Below are positions 1 to 14,110 of a stretch of 64,000 nucleotides of DNA, piece after piece (the first letter of the stretch is position 1; the number at the start of each line of letters is the position of its first letter). Both the position numbers and the translations under genes were made by a program. Below the pieces are notes generated by a model. It saw only the letters and a program-made list of their open reading frames with translations, was not told the origin of the DNA and searched no databases. Origin of the DNA: Camelus dromedarius (Eukaryota); contig NC_087437.1 in NCBI RefSeq assembly GCF_036321535.1, forward strand, positions 44,146,001 to 44,210,000. Direction: 5' to 3'.

Positions 1-231
1 ATACTACATTTAGGTGGAAATTTACTAAGCTTATTTGAAACTCACAACAATCTTGGCCTCCTCCCTTCTGCCAACAGATTCACTAAGCTGATTCCCTACT
101 AGACATCTGTATACTGGTAATACCTGCTGAATTTCCTATGGTTTGCTTCTTGTCATTCAATTATTAGATCAAATATCATCTCAGTGATACCTTCTCTAGC
201 CTCTCAAACTAAAGCAGCCAGTCTCTGTCTT

Positions 232-933
232 TTTTTTTTAATTTATTTTTTGTTGAAGTATAGTCGATTTACAATGTTAGTTTCAGGTATACAGCAAAGG
301 TATACAGCTGTATACTTTTGCTATATATGTGTATATAAATATATTAGATCCTTTTCCATTGCAGCCCATTACAAGAAATTGAATATAGTTCTCTGTGCTA
401 TACAGTAGGTCCTTGTTGTTTATTTTATATATAGTAATATGTATCTGTTAATCCCAAACTCCTAACTAATCTGTCCCTCCCCTCACATCCCCCCTGGTAA
501 GCACAGTTTGTTTTCTATGTACATGAGTCAATTTCTGGTTTGTAAATAAAATTTGTATCTTTTTTTTTTTAGATTCCACCTGTAAGTGACAGCGTATGAT
601 ATTTGTCTTTCTCTGATTGACTTACTTCACTTAATATGGTAATCTCTAGGTCCATCCAGGTTGCTGCAAATGTCATTATTTCATTCTTTTTTATGGCCGA
701 GTAATATTCCATTATATATATACCACATCTTCTTTATCCATTTATCTGTGGATGTTTACGTTGTTTCCATGTCTTAGCTATTCTAAATAATGCTGCTGTG
801 AACATTGGGGTGCATGTGTCTTTTTGAATTATAGTTTTCTCCAGATATATGCCCAAGAGTTGAATTACTGGACCATATGGACAGTATGGAGGTCCCTTAA
901 AAAATTAAAAATACACTTACCATATGATCCAGC
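232..933 (-). mobile_element. 5'-truncated, 5'-inverted LINE-1 3' end with target-site duplication
   Basis: Poly(T) at ~230-239 is followed by antisense L1 3'UTR/ORF2-end sequence to ~879, then a sense L1 piece at 881-933. The direct repeat CAGCCAGTCTCTGTCTT lies at 215-231 and 930-946. Confidence 0.9.
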
Positions 934-949
934 CAGTCTCTGTCTTAAT

Positions 950-1125
950 GCCTGATTTTAAATATCTCATCATGAGCCGTTTTTTTTCTTTTAGTATTTT
1001 TGTTTATTGCCTGTTTTCCTGCGATAAAATGTTCTCTCCTTGAGATAAAAGACCATGGCTGGCTTTATTTTGCTACCTAGAATTATTGCTAACACATACT
1101 ATATTTTCAGTAAGTGTAAGTTTAA
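950..1125 (+). mobile_element. L2 3' end fragment (host of the L1 at 232-933; continues at ~130-230)
   Basis: Degenerate L2 3' motifs (tttgtttattgcctg...cctagaa...cagtaagtg). Confidence 0.5.
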
Positions 1126-1679
1126 TATATTCAGAAAAATACACATGAAATGCATAGTAGTATTTTTTGTGTCTAGACAATTTACATTTTTTCTAACATG
1201 TAAATTAGTTGAGCATAAAGTATCAATCACTTAACATGGTAAATGCAAAGCAGAATAAAATAAGAAGCCTTAACTGAAAAACTGACAAATAAAAGAAGTC
1301 TTAAAATGGAAAGATACCTTTTTCTAGAATGATAGTTGACATAGATCCTCTGTTCTCAAATATCAGGATCAGAGTATTGTTCATTTTCATCTTCTCTAGT
1401 TTTGTGGACCTTGGTTGGATTTACCCAGATGAGCTCTCAACAGAGTCCCAAGTATGAGACAATGATGATGGTGGTGATAGAGGAAAATTGTTTTGAGTGT
1501 TCTATATTTATTATTTTATTTAATCTTCACAGTATTCAATAAGGAGTATATGTTCAATAAATACAAATATAAATAATTATATGACTATATTTTCTTTGTA
1601 TTTACTTGTATTTTCCTTCTGCTTTATTTATAATTCATCCTCATCACTGTCCATCATCTCATAGTGACAGAGAGCTAAG

Positions 1680-2880
1680 TTCATGTGATGTTGATGGGAT
1701 GTGACAAAAAGAAATAAATCTGAGGGATACTTGAGGTTAAATTGATGTTTGCTTGTATGCAATGCTGAAGGAGGAAGAGGTTGTAAAAACTGGGTTTCTG
1801 GCTTAGGTGACAGAGAGAATAGTATTAACTGATTTAGGGAGTGTAGGATGGGGAATAATTTAGAGGAGAGAAAAATGAGACTGCTTTAAACAAAAATAAT
1901 ATTAAGTTATCAGTCTAACTGATGAAAATGCCCAGGACTTACATTGTAAAAATGAGACTAGACCTTGAGAGAGAGAACTGGGATGGAATTAGGGAGTTGG
2001 AAATTATTAAAACTTAAATCACAGATGACATTTTGGATAGATAAGATTGTACAAGTATAGGAATTAAAGGAGGAAGAGAAGACCTATGATAGAGTCTAGA
2101 AAATACTGACATCTAAAGTACAAGTAGAAACAAAAGAAACCGAGATGGGGTCATGGAAGACAGAGAAGACACAGGTGACAGAATTTTGTGGGAGATGCAC
2201 AGTGGGGATTTTTATTGAAGAAGGGTGAAATATGTCAAATGACGGAATAGTCAGGTAGCTAAGATTTGCTGATTCAAGCCTGTAATTTAAGTGAGACATG
2301 AGGAAGAGACAATTTGAGAATTAGCAGGAATGAGGTGAGAGGAGGAGACAAAATTATAAACAACACGGAGCTTAAAATAGTAGAAGTTCACTCGTTGTGC
2401 CCTGGGAAATGGCTGTAGTTAGGGAGTGGGAGAAAGAAGAGTGAACAAAGGAGGCAGTTGCATCTCAACCGTTCTATGAGGTAAGTATAAATTTCAGTTT
2501 TCACAAAAGAGGAAACACTGTCTGTGAGGTATAAGATGAAGGTACTAAGATAGGTGTTCAGTGAATCTTGGAGCAGTAGAGTAACTTTAAAGAGCAGAGG
2601 GCAGCTTTCTTTCTATAAGGAAGTAGAAGAGTGAGGGTAATGATGAATTCCCTGTGAGTTCCATCACTCATGGCAAATGGCCTGCGTCTTTGCCGCAAAG
2701 GATGAGTTCATCCAGCCAAGAGTTAGGGTGGAGCTGTGTGTGGGGTGTTGAATCCATGAAAGGTGAATAAAATTATTGTCCAGAAGCAGCCTCAGTGAAG
2801 TTGGACAAGAGAGAGTGTCAGTGAATGTGGGAAAGCAACAGGAAAAAATGGAGGCAGATGATTAAGCTAATTTTCATAGA
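1680..2880 (-). mobile_element. Degenerate L2 LINE
   Basis: Purine-rich antisense L2-like body (ggtttctggcttaggtgac...gagagagaactggg...tgtcaaatg). Confidence 0.6.
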
Positions 2881-4667
2881 GACATGCGTGAGTTTGTGTG
2901 AGAGTGTGTGTGTATTTTATTGGCTTGTCTACAGATATAGCTTGAGATGGTAATTCTGGAATACTTAGGCTTCATCATTTAGCACCATCCAATAAGCCTA
3001 CTCCAGCTAGTTTTCTTCAGATTGTATGCCACTGCACCTGAACAGAACTAGAAGAGAGAGCAAATTTCATTACAAATCCACCCGGCTTTTAAAGGCAATA
3101 GAACACCCAGGCCTGACTGCAAATCAACTTTTATAGTGGTATCTTCTCATCTATGTAACATTAGCAAAGCACCCATATATGCCACTGGCCATATAGCATG
3201 AATGTGGCTGACATACTGGACTTCAGGATGAGGGGAACACACTTTCCATTTGACTTTGTTTGAAGAAAGCCAAATAAGGTTGGGATCAATGTTTATTCAC
3301 TCCAAGATTCCAAGACTCTTGGATAATTAGTGATTCACATCTGGGTTTGTATGATTATGTTGTTATCATCACTAATATTAATGAAAAGAGTGAGTAATAC
3401 AATTGGACATTTAGTAAATACCAGTAAGGAGCAAAGCTAGAATTTAAATCTGGGATGTATCTGACTCTGTTGCTTCTTAACTGCTGCATTTCCCACGGGT
3501 CCCTTTTGAAAAGAGCTATTTAAAAAAATTAGATTGTCCAAGGAGTGTGTTTCAAATATTTACCATTTACATCCATATGCAAAAAATAGTGACTGTTAAT
3601 TTTTAGTACTGAAATGAGCCCATTCCATAGTTGATATATCTGCTTTCCTATGGATATTGTGTTTTACAAGAACTCACAGGATTTCATGCACACATATAGT
3701 GTTTTCTGTTTGGATGTGTCATGATTCCTCTTATCCTACCTACCCTCACATCCTTATGATATTTCCATCACACCTACATTCCTGGCACTTTTATTGAAGG
3801 TGATAAAGCTCTGGAGAAGTAGTTTGAGGTAAATGGGTTCTACTAAATTCAGGAATGTTTTGACCATTAACCTTCAGTTTGAGGTTTTAGGTGACCACAC
3901 ACTAGTATAAAAGAATATAGATTTACCTCTACAAAATACAGCTTAAAGAGGTTTTTAAACAATTGATGCTTTGCTGATGTAGGAGATATTTCCTCTTCAG
4001 TGTTTCTAACTTAACAAATTACATGTAAAAGCCATAAACTCCTTTATATTATCCATAAACATAATAAAAAATGTTATACCACATAACTTTGACTTAGTCA
4101 ATAATTCTAGGCTTAGCCTTAGGGTTTGAAGAGAAAATTATTCCTGTTACACATTTTAATTATGCTATAAACTTTGGGAAATAGCTATTGATCTTCAGTA
4201 TCCGGCATCAGAAAGTTGTTTCCTCCTTGCTCGGTAGTCAGTGAAAGTATACCATTCAGACTAACAGTGAAGAATTTCAGAGGAAACCAAAGTAGTATAT
4301 GTACAGTAAAGGATATATTTTGGGTGCATTTGAGTAACTTAAAAGCTAAGAAACTTAGAAAGATCACCTCTTCTAAACATCTTTCTCCAGGAAACTAGAA
4401 ATATTGAGTTAAAAACGATATTACCTTGTTTTAACAAAAAGCTATTCTCTAATGATACTCTTATCTCTAATATTTTAATACAGAAATAGGAGGGTCTAAT
4501 CAGAAATCTTTCTTTAAACTTATACGTTTAAGATTATCCAAAGCTTCTAGAGTGAACATTGTGATTATCATTTTAGAAGTTATTAAGTCACAAATTTTTA
4601 TCATCAAATGAGTAAAATGGGTAAAGTCTTCCATTCTGTTAAAATTAAACAGACATCTAACATCCAC

Positions 4668-4742
4668 AATGATGATGATGATGATAATGATGATGATGAA
4701 AAAGAAGAGGAAGATGAGGAGGGAGAGAAGGGAGGAGGGGGA
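4668..4742 (+). repeat. (GAT)n microsatellite grading into a GA-rich tract
   Basis: aatgatgatgatgatgataatgatgatgatgaaaaagaagaggaagatgaggaggg... Confidence 0.9.
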
Positions 4743-4759
4743 CAAAATGGTCACTGTAT

Positions 4760-4960
4760 GCTGAACTTTTATCGGAGGATGAGTACTGCTGTAGATGCTC
4801 TACATATATGGCCATATTTAAGCCTCACATCCATCATGTGAGAATGGGGCTCAGTTTTCTCATTTTGCAGAAGATTCAGCCAGGTTAAGTAACTCAGGAT
4901 TACACAGGGACTTAATGGTAGAGCTGGGATTCAAACCCAGGAGTGTCTGCCTCATGTAAC
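4760..4960 (-). mobile_element. MIR SINE
   Basis: cattttgcaga...aggttaagtaact...ggtagagctgggattcaaacccagg matches the antisense MIR core and head. Confidence 0.8.
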
Positions 4961-5247
4961 CATGGTCGTCTTGAATTGATATAGGCTCCTTCAGTTGCCA
5001 TTTTCAGCAAGTTGAAAGTTCTTTAAAGTTGAGAGCATTTAAGTGAAATAGATTTATATTTAAATCAAAACTTACCAAATTTAGGATTATGCATTTGTTC
5101 ATTCAACAAGTATTTATTGACATGTGATTGTGTATCAGACCAAGTGTTAGGAACTACTGAAGCTAAATTCAGTGAGTCATGGACCACAGCAATTCGTAAT
5201 CCACTATAGGAGATACTACACAGTAATACAAAAGAAGGAAAAAAGCG

Positions 5248-5277
5248 TGTGTGTGTGTGTGTGTGTGTGTTTGTGTA
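5248..5277. repeat. (GT)n microsatellite
   Basis: Directly visible run of about 11 GT units. Confidence 0.95.
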
Positions 5278-8200
5278 TGAATATATTGTTTATGGCGCTT
5301 CAGAGTTCTCTGATAAACTTCTATAATTACTTCCTTTTCAATTTCAAAATCTAATTAAAGGTATAGTCATTCAACTTTGATACTAGGATGTCTTGTTTGG
5401 TAATTTGGGGGCCTCAGCATCTTCATAACCCCAGCTGTAAAGATGCTATTTGAGAGCATCAGCAGGGAATATGTATTGACTTTTCTAGCCACAGGGCACC
5501 CCCTATCTCCTCACACTGGGAATTGATGAGTAGTAATCTTCACCCCTTTTCTTCCCTACGCATTTCTTCCTAACCCACAATGTAATTAAACCCATTGGTT
5601 AAAGAATCTATTAAGCATTCCATGGGTCTAATGCCTTTAATAGTGGCTCTGGATACAATGGTTTGCACCAATCAATTTAATGCAGTTTTACATAAAACAT
5701 AAAACTCAAACTCAAAATATAATTTTTGAAATATAATATACAAGTCTGTATTTCTTTATAAAGAAAAGTACAGTTTTCTCCAACTATGGTTTAATTTTGG
5801 GGCTGCCATCAAGCTTCCATTGAAACTTTTGCATGTATTTGGTTTATAATTTGGTAAAGGTAGGTTACAGGCAGTCAGTTTTTAACCACAGCAGGTATAA
5901 GCAGAATTTTCAAACTCAAATTTATTTTTTGTTTGAATCTTAAACATTGAAGAGAGAAGCTAATGATATATGCAGATTGTCTCTCATCTACTTTATAACT
6001 TTCTCCAAGGATATATAAGTGAAGTAAGGTGTCTTAGCCAGTTCAGTGCCTCTGAACAAACATTAGTCATGGGATTTAGGCATTTTGTAATGGTTCAAAT
6101 TTTTAAAAGAAGATATGTGAAGGCTACTATATTCAAGGTACTGATCTTGGAAATTTTATTGTCACCTCATTTCATTCTCACAAAAATATCTAAAACTATT
6201 ACCAGCTTTTATGTTACCATTTGTGTGCAAGTTATCTTACTGGGAAGCAAATGAATGGAAAGAGGGAAGTTTAAGCAGAGAAGTAATAGTTGATTCCTCC
6301 TGAAAGAAGGAAGAGTTCTCTAGTCAAATAAATGAAAATGTTCCTTGAGGGGTAAGGAACTAGTTGTACAAAGGCATGCTGGCATGACTAGTGTGTTTGC
6401 AGAATTTCAAACACTGTTTCATAATATGTGCCAATAAACATTAGTTACTGGAATGTGGAGTTTGTTTTTCTGTGCTGGCATAAAACATCTTTCCAGCCCA
6501 CTGAGTACAGTGGAGTTTTAAGGCTAGCTAAAGTGTAAACAGAGTAGATGGTCATATGAAGTAAAAACTGCTTCATCTCAGCCTATGTGGGACTGTGTAG
6601 TCAAGGCTCCGTGTCCATTCGCCAGATTGCACGTGAGCACATGAACTCATGTCAAAGATGTTAACCACAGTTTAGGTGAGCTGCTATGTGGAGAACATCA
6701 GCTTTTCTTCACAAATTTGCTCTTATATGAGAACGGAATATCAATGCCTCTTGACTTCAGTCTCCTCTACTGGTCCTTAATATGCCAACTTAAAATACTT
6801 ACATAGTGGACAGGAAGGCAGCGAGGGAATTTCCTGGCCTTCTTTCCTGCCAAATTGACAGGTTGCATTGCAGCAGGTGCACAGCAAAGCGATTAAGAAT
6901 GTACAGGCTGACAAAACGTGTGTGATGTGACTTCAGGCATTTTATGTGAATGATATGTCATGGCAAGTATTGGCCTCAAGAGATTATACCCTGGGTTCTG
7001 GGGTCTGAGGACAATCTATATGCATATAAAAGCATCACTGAGAAGGTGAGAGCTCAAGGAAAAATAACCTTGACTAGGAGTCTACATAAATGAAGTACAT
7101 TGCAATGTAAGGTATATTTTTTGCTACTTAAATATTTTACAAATGTCCTATTTATATGAGTAGATGCAATAAGCATCTGTCTTCGGTGATGTGATTTTTT
7201 TTGACTGCTGAACAACTCATTCAGCTGTCAGGAGGACAGAGACTGTGGTTCATTAAAATTCATGATTGGAAAAAAAAATCCAATGTCATCCAATTCATTT
7301 TAAGAACACAGTTAGCCCCTGTTATCAACGTCTCCACCTCTAGGATGCCTGACTTACTTTACATGTAACAAGTTAAACTCAATATGAGTGCTATTGCCTT
7401 GCTCACTGATTTTCAGAAATTATCAAAAAGCAAGAGTGAAAAAAGTAAATTTTAGATGATAAAGTAAGTGTTCATCATGTATGTACATACAGACATTTGC
7501 AAAGAAATTCAAGAAAAATATAGACTTACAGAAACATTTCCATAGATCACCAGGTGACAAACCCCCAGATTAAGGATTTTTGATTTCATGTACATTTTTA
7601 AGATTCAAGGTAAATAGATTTCATCAGATTTTCAAAGGAATCCATGATGTGAACAGCATTAAAATGATTTCTAAAATCTTTTCTATACCAAAAATTGTGT
7701 AATTCACCTGATGTCCTAATATAGTCCTGTTAAGATTTACTAATTTTTCTCCAAAGAAATAGAAATATGTCTTATAGTCTAAGAAAAAATAATTCTGTGC
7801 CCCCTAATTTATGACTAAAATAACTATAATTTGGAGTATAAAAACTGTAATAGCAAAGAATTTTCTGCACTTTTTGATCAGCATTTAAAAGCAATCACAA
7901 ATTAAAGTAATATGTTGCCAGTGAGGATTAAGGTGGAGTGTTATTTGCATATTTTTTATTTCACGTGTACCATTAAAACTGCAAATGAAAGTGCTACCTG
8001 TATTTCTAATATAGAGATAAATGCTTAAGAGAATTAGGCATAGTGCTATATTAATGTTATAGTGCTATATTAATACTTAATTTTTTTAAATTCCCATTTA
8101 CTGATCCACTTAAAATGGATTAAAGTGAAATTCTGTGAATTTTTGGATAAAATAAAATGTGTATCTTAAGACTTGTACAAAAACCTAATATTTCAACCAG

Positions 8201-8956
8201 ATTGATTCCCAGCATATATGTTATAATGTATGCTAAATGTTCATTTTAATGTAATCAGATACTAATAGCACAAATAATCTTGGGCTTTAGCAGAACGAGG
8301 CATTTTACACAAAATATAGTAGGAGTTGTCACTTCATTATTGTATGTGCAAAGGTAGGAAATGATACTGAATAGGGTTTGGGTTTTTATTCTGAGACCTC
8401 ATTAGAGTAAAGTAGCAAGAGTCGCAGGACCCACTGACAACAGCTGCAGAAAAACCGAAGTGTGTTTTGTGTTTGATTTTACTCTCCCACTTGTTTGCTA
8501 TGTTTTCTTTCTAACACGCCTAGCCTTTCTCCCCAGCCTTTTTCCCCTCTGTCCCTCCTGTCATATCACCTTCTTAAGGTACTTTGGCATAAAATGACCC
8601 AATAAAATTCTCCACAGTAAATGCTTACGTTGACAATGGTGGTATTTCAAGCATAAGTGGGAGATGTACTTTTATATGATAGCACTTGCTCTACATCCTT
8701 GAAAACTATCACGTAGATGTGGCGTCTGTTGAGATTTTAAGGTTAATGAGGTCTTACTCTGCCCTCCTCCTTAATTTTCCCTCATTCACTGGGTCATACC
8801 TGAAATTCCACAGACTGAAAATCTTTATAGTTAAGCAAATTATATTAACTATGTTAATGATTTATTCTCTTCCTCTGTTTTATTGCATTTTAACAGCCGT
8901 CTCTTGTAAGGTGGCCTGAAGAGGAGGTCTTCTGGACTGGGGTCTTAGTCGTGTGC

Positions 8957-9343
8957 TGTCTTAGTCAGCTCAGGGTGCTGTAACAAAATGCCATAGGCTG
9001 GGTGCCTTAAACAACAGACATGCATTTCTCACAGTTCTGGAACGTGGGGAGTCCAAGATCAAGGTGCCTGCAGATGTAGTTCCTGGTGAGGGCCGCCTTC
9101 CTGGCTTGTAGATGACTGCTTTCTTTCTGTGTCCTCATGTGGCATAGAGAGAGAGAGAGAGAGAGGGTGCTCCTGACTCCCTTCTTCTTCTTATAAGGAC
9201 ACTAATCCCATGGTGGGGCCCCACCTTCCTGACCTTAGCTATACCCAGTGACCTCCCAAAGCCCCACCTCCAAATACCATCACATTGGGGATTTGGGCTT
9301 CAACATATGAATCTGAGGGGGACACAAACATTTAGCCCACACA
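8957..9343 (-). mobile_element. MaLR solo LTR (MLT1A-like)
   Basis: TG...CA termini (tgtcttagtcagctc...gcccacaca), typical MLT1 internal motifs, 5-bp TSD TGTGC at 8952-8956 and 9344-9348, and an internal (GA)n run. Confidence 0.9.
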
Positions 9344-9864
9344 TGTGCCATTCAAGCAATGACTTAGACTCTTACCTTTCAGCTCTATTTCATGTATTTT
9401 TGCCTCTATGTTGCTATTTCTTTCCCTCCTTTCTCTATCAGACGTTATATCTTGGTAATTCAGTACAACAATTAACAAATTTATGAAGTTGATTAACATA
9501 TTCTTAGAGCTGAGTTAAATTGGTCTCCACCTCTCTGGGGTTGAGGCTGCTTTTCATAAATCAGCATGTAGAGTAAATAGAGATTTCCTTAGTTTCTGCT
9601 CAGTTCTCAACTCTGCCAATATTAGGCATCTGGAAAAAGCTCCCTCACCCCCACAAAAGGAAAACCAACCCCCAAAACAAAGGAAAAACATCATTTTGAA
9701 TACAACTGTTTAGTTCCAGAACTTTTTATTACCTTTCAACTTTGTTCTTTTGGGATTCGTTCTATTATAAATACATTTTCCTTGGGTTAAAGAGCTTTGA
9801 GAGTTTATAGCTGTCTTAAATAAATGTTTGACTGTATGTAATGTAGAATAAAAATGAAAATTGT

Positions 9865-9980
9865 TAAGTAGAACTGCAAGGGAGAAGTACTAAGACCAAT
9901 AGGTAGTAACTATGAGGCAATGGATTTTAGCTAAATGTAAGGAAGGCTTTTCTATAGTTTAAAGATGGTGCAATTTCTTT
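9865..9980 (+). mobile_element. CR1/L3 fragment
   Basis: actaagaccaataggtag...ggattttagctaaatgtaaggaaggctttcta resembles the CR1/L3 3' region. Confidence 0.5.
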
Positions 9981-12963
9981 TTCTCATAAGGAAAACAGAA
10001 ATTTACTATCATAAGAAAGTAAATTCCTTATAAACAGACATAGTCCTGCATAAGTGAAATAACCACATAGTTATGGAATAACCCATGGTCAAGGAAGATA
10101 CAGAGGAGACTCATAGAGTTATGTGTGGTGATTATTTAGGATACTTCCAGAACCTAGAGGGGTCTACTTAAATGCTAGTTTTCATGTATACATTTAACAT
10201 GAAATGACCTTAAAGAAGAACAGAGTGATATACTGGACCCTCACATTTGGTAACTTTGCATCTGGCTTTGTAACAACTTTGCAATTAACTTTGGATATAT
10301 AATATCTAGGCACAATCTAGTAAGATCTTCAAAAATCAACAAATGTCATAGAGTACTTTTAGAAATAACAGTATTTAAAGGATTAAACACAATGCTCAAA
10401 CTGAGAATGTAGTGAATTATTGATTGACAAGTTGAGAACTCAGATGAAAGATTTCTGTATATTTAGGTAATGCAAATTTCCAAGTAAATCTTTTTTATTT
10501 AAAAAAATTTTTTTGCACCTTAATGGACTGAATCATTGGAATTTGGCCAAACTGTTGAATTATTATCCTTTAAGAAAATGTACAGCCTACCCAGCTAAAA
10601 CTGCTTAAAATTGCACGAGAGAACATGTTCCTGTGAAAAATCTACAACATTGAAAAAACCCTACATGTTCAGGATTAGGTTTTTAAAAGCATCTTAATTT
10701 ATAGGTGTTGCTTCCTGGGATCAAGTGTCTCATATTACTCTACACCTGGTATCTGTGATGATTGTTGAATCCTTGTATGAGGATGGAATGACTTGCTGGC
10801 CTCCTTGAAATTTTTCTTTCTGGTAGTAAGCTCAGTTTCTGTTCTGCTGCTCTCTTGTCCCTGCCCCTGCATACCACAGCAAGGAAAAGTTAATTCTGGC
10901 TTTTCCTCGCCTTCCTCCTGCCCCCACTCCTCTGCTATTCATTAAAGACATCATATCTAATGTCCGACTCTCATGATTAGTGTGTCTCAGAAGACACAAG
11001 ATAAAAAATGGCCGGTTAGATGAAAGTAGAGCCATGTGTCTATTTGTCATTTTTATTAAAAGAAGTACATGTGCCAACACCATGCTTTCCTGCAGGCCTT
11101 CTGTGGCCTTTAACGTTCATATAAAACTCTGTATTACTATCTTGCGTCAGTGTCAGTAAGCATATGATAAGTAAAGTTATTTTATGTATCTATGCCTGAG
11201 AAAGATTTTCTAGCTTTGCCAGCACGGAACAAGCCAAAAGACCGTTTGGGGGTTTTTGTTTTTTGGGTTTTTTTGAGTTTATAGAAGTAGAGATAACCTT
11301 CCAACACACAAGTAGAGTTTCAAGTTATTTTATGTATGTCCCTCTATATTTACAAATATGTTTACTAAACATATATCCTTCTATATTTATTTTTTTCATC
11401 TTTGTTAATGTGGCATGCCAAACAATAAGATAAGTCTATTTTATTAAGGAACACCTTGACTATAGACAGTTTTAATTGCAGAGATAAAGAAGAAACCCAA
11501 ATTTGCTCCTTCTTAATCTTATCAAAGTCAGATTTCCTAGTTAATCCCCTTTACTGTAGATCAGCACAGTACGGTCTCCAATCTAAAAGCAGAAAGAATC
11601 AGGTTCTTATTTTTAATGACCTTGTCTTTAAAATACATAAACTTAAGTGGCTGCTGGTTATGATCTGATAATATAGTAATTTTTTTTAGTTTCAATATTT
11701 CTTTTTTATTCCTCTTGAGGTACATATTTCATAAACAGTTTTGAAATACAAATTATTTTCTTTTCTATATGATTTCAAAATTTCTATGTATTAAATTTTT
11801 ATAAATCTAGCAATATATTCTGTATGATTGCTTTCTTCAAAGGATTTTAAAATCTATATTTATAAGATCAAGTAAATAAGAAATTAATCATAATTCTCTT
11901 GGCCTCGCTTCTCATCCTACAAGCTACAGCCCCATTTTTCTTACTTTTTTTGTAGCCAATCTCCTTTAAATAATTGTCCCTGTTTGTGGTCTCTTATTTC
12001 TTTCTTCCTATTTTATCTTATGCCCATTCTCAAAAGGTGTTTATTCAGACCATTCACCAAAACTACACTTACCAACATCATTTATGATCTTTGTTCTAAA
12101 TCCATTAAATTATTCATCTTCATCCTACTTGATCTATGAGAGCATCTGACAGTGATCACTCTTTCCTCTTTCCATCCCTGGCCTTGGGGTACCGCATGTT
12201 CTTGGTTTTTCCCTACTTTGCTAGTAGCTCCTGGTCAGTCTCCTTTGCCAGCTTATCTACTTAGACCTACTCTCTTCATGTTGGAGTGCCCAGGGGCCAG
12301 TTTTGGTTCTCTTCTCTGTCTTTCCTTTCTCTTTAGAGATCTCTTATCTGCTCTATGCTAACAGCTCTCAACTTTCCATTTCTACCCTTGATCTTTCTTT
12401 TGATCCCTAGACTCGTACATCAGTTACACATGCAGCATCACCACCTGGATATTTAACAGGTGTCTCAAACTATGCTGCACTTCAGATGGTCTCCCCAGAC
12501 CTGCTTTGGTGTTCCATATCTCAGTGGGAAGTAACTCCATTCTTCCAGTTGTTCAGCCTGAAAAAACAAACAACACAAAACAAACACAGAAATCCTCCCC
12601 TCCCACCCCACCCCCACTGTAGGCTACATTTAACCTTTTGGGAAATGCTAATCTCTCTGCCTTCAGAACACATCCAGAGTTTGACTACTTCACTGCCACT
12701 GACACCACTGTGGTCTCAATTAGCAGCATCTCTTGTTCGCAGTATTTCACTTGTGTCGTAACTGATTTTCTGTTTCTGTTCTTGGTCCTCTTACAGCTTT
12801 TCCTCAACACAGCCATGGTAGCCATCCTAGAAAATGCCTCACGTGCCTCTAATTGAGGGCTTTGTATCAGCTCCCCCCTCCGCCTAGACTGTTCTCACAG
12901 ACATCCACGTGGGTTGACTCCCCCACCTGCTTTAAGTCTCAACTGTTCCTATCTTAATTAGGC

Positions 12964-13778
12964 ATGTTCGTTTCTTAGGGCTGCCATAGCAACGTAGTAC
13001 AGACTGGGTGGCTTAAAGCAACAGAGACGTATTCTCTCCGCTCTGGTGGTCAGAAGTCTGAAATCCACGTACTGATAGGTGTCTCAGTTTGTTCGGGCTG
13101 CTATAACAAAGTACCACAGACTAGCTGGCTTATAAGCAATAGACATGTATTCCCCACAGTTCTGGAGGCTGGGAAGTCCGAGATCAGGGCACGGGCAGAT
13201 TCCTCGTCTGGTGAGGGCCTGCTTCCTGGTTCATCGCTGTTGTCTCCTTGCTGCGTCCTCACGTGGCAGAAGGGGTGAGGGAGCTCTCGGGGGTCTCCTT
13301 TATAAGGGCAGTAATCCTATTCATGAGGGCTTCACCCTCATCCTCTAATCACTCCCCAAAGTCTCTATCTCCAAATACCATCACAATGGGCATTAAGTTT
13401 CAACATGTGCATTTTGGGGGGATACGGACATTCAGTCTATAGCAATAGGGTTGGTGCCTTCTGAAGGCTCTGAGGGAGAATCCACTCCACACCTCTCCCC
13501 CAGAGTCTAGTGGCTGCTGGCAATCCTTGGCCTTCCTTGGCTTGTAGCTGCATAACTCCAATCTCTGCCACCATCTTCACACCTTCCTCTCTGTAAAACT
13601 GTGTCTCAGATCTCCATCTTCATCATCCATCGTTGGATTAAGAGCCCACCCTAAATCTAGGATGAACTCAAGATCCTTAACTTAATTACTCCTGCAAAGA
13701 CCCTATTTCCAAATGTTACAATCATAGGTTCCAGGTAGACATATGTTTGGAGGAGGGGTGGCACCATTCAACCCCCTT
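12964..13778 (-). mobile_element. MaLR solo LTR (MLT1B/C-like), split by an inner MLT1 LTR
   Basis: gtttcttagggctgccatagcaa... is interrupted at 13079, continues gttggtgccttctgaaggctctgagggagaa at 13450 and ends caccattcaacc. Confidence 0.85.
13080..13444 (-). mobile_element. MaLR solo LTR (MLT1A-like) nested in MLT1B/C
   Basis: TG...CA termini and an exact 5-bp TSD ATAGG at 13075-13079 and 13445-13449. Confidence 0.9.
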
Positions 13779-13847
13779 TGTTTGGCCTATCATCTGTTTA
13801 AAATTGCAATCTCCATTCCCCACTCTTAAGTTTTACATTAAATCCAT

Positions 13848-14110
13848 AGTCCCTCATACAGAATCTTTGAGGACAGGTATGTTGTGGAATTTAGAACTTT
13901 TTTCATTTTAGGAGAATTATGTGGTGCACACCACATATTATCCACTAGCTTCAGTGGGGTTTAGGGCTTCACACCACCATCAAACATGTGATATCTGCAG
14001 TGAAATGTGTGGATGTTCACATAATGAGATAAATAAAGTATATAAATAACTCACATCCATTCAGGTCAGGTTTTGTTCCTCAGTTAGTCTGTGCCAAGCT
14101 TACGGGACAA
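13848..14110. mobile_element. Probable non-autonomous DNA transposon fragment (Tigger/MER46-like) within L2
   Basis: Non-L2 insert beginning gtccctcatacagaatctttgaggacaggtatgttgtggaatttagaac; family assignment is tentative. Confidence 0.4.

Noticed and set aside
4500..4841. ORFs with poly-I or poly-D/E runs
   Set aside because: Translations of a (GAT)n/GA-rich microsatellite next to a MIR.
9985..10032. Imperfect AT-rich hairpin (ataagga...aatttact / agtaaatt...ccttat)
   Set aside because: Short and interrupted; not a credible pre-miRNA or MITE.
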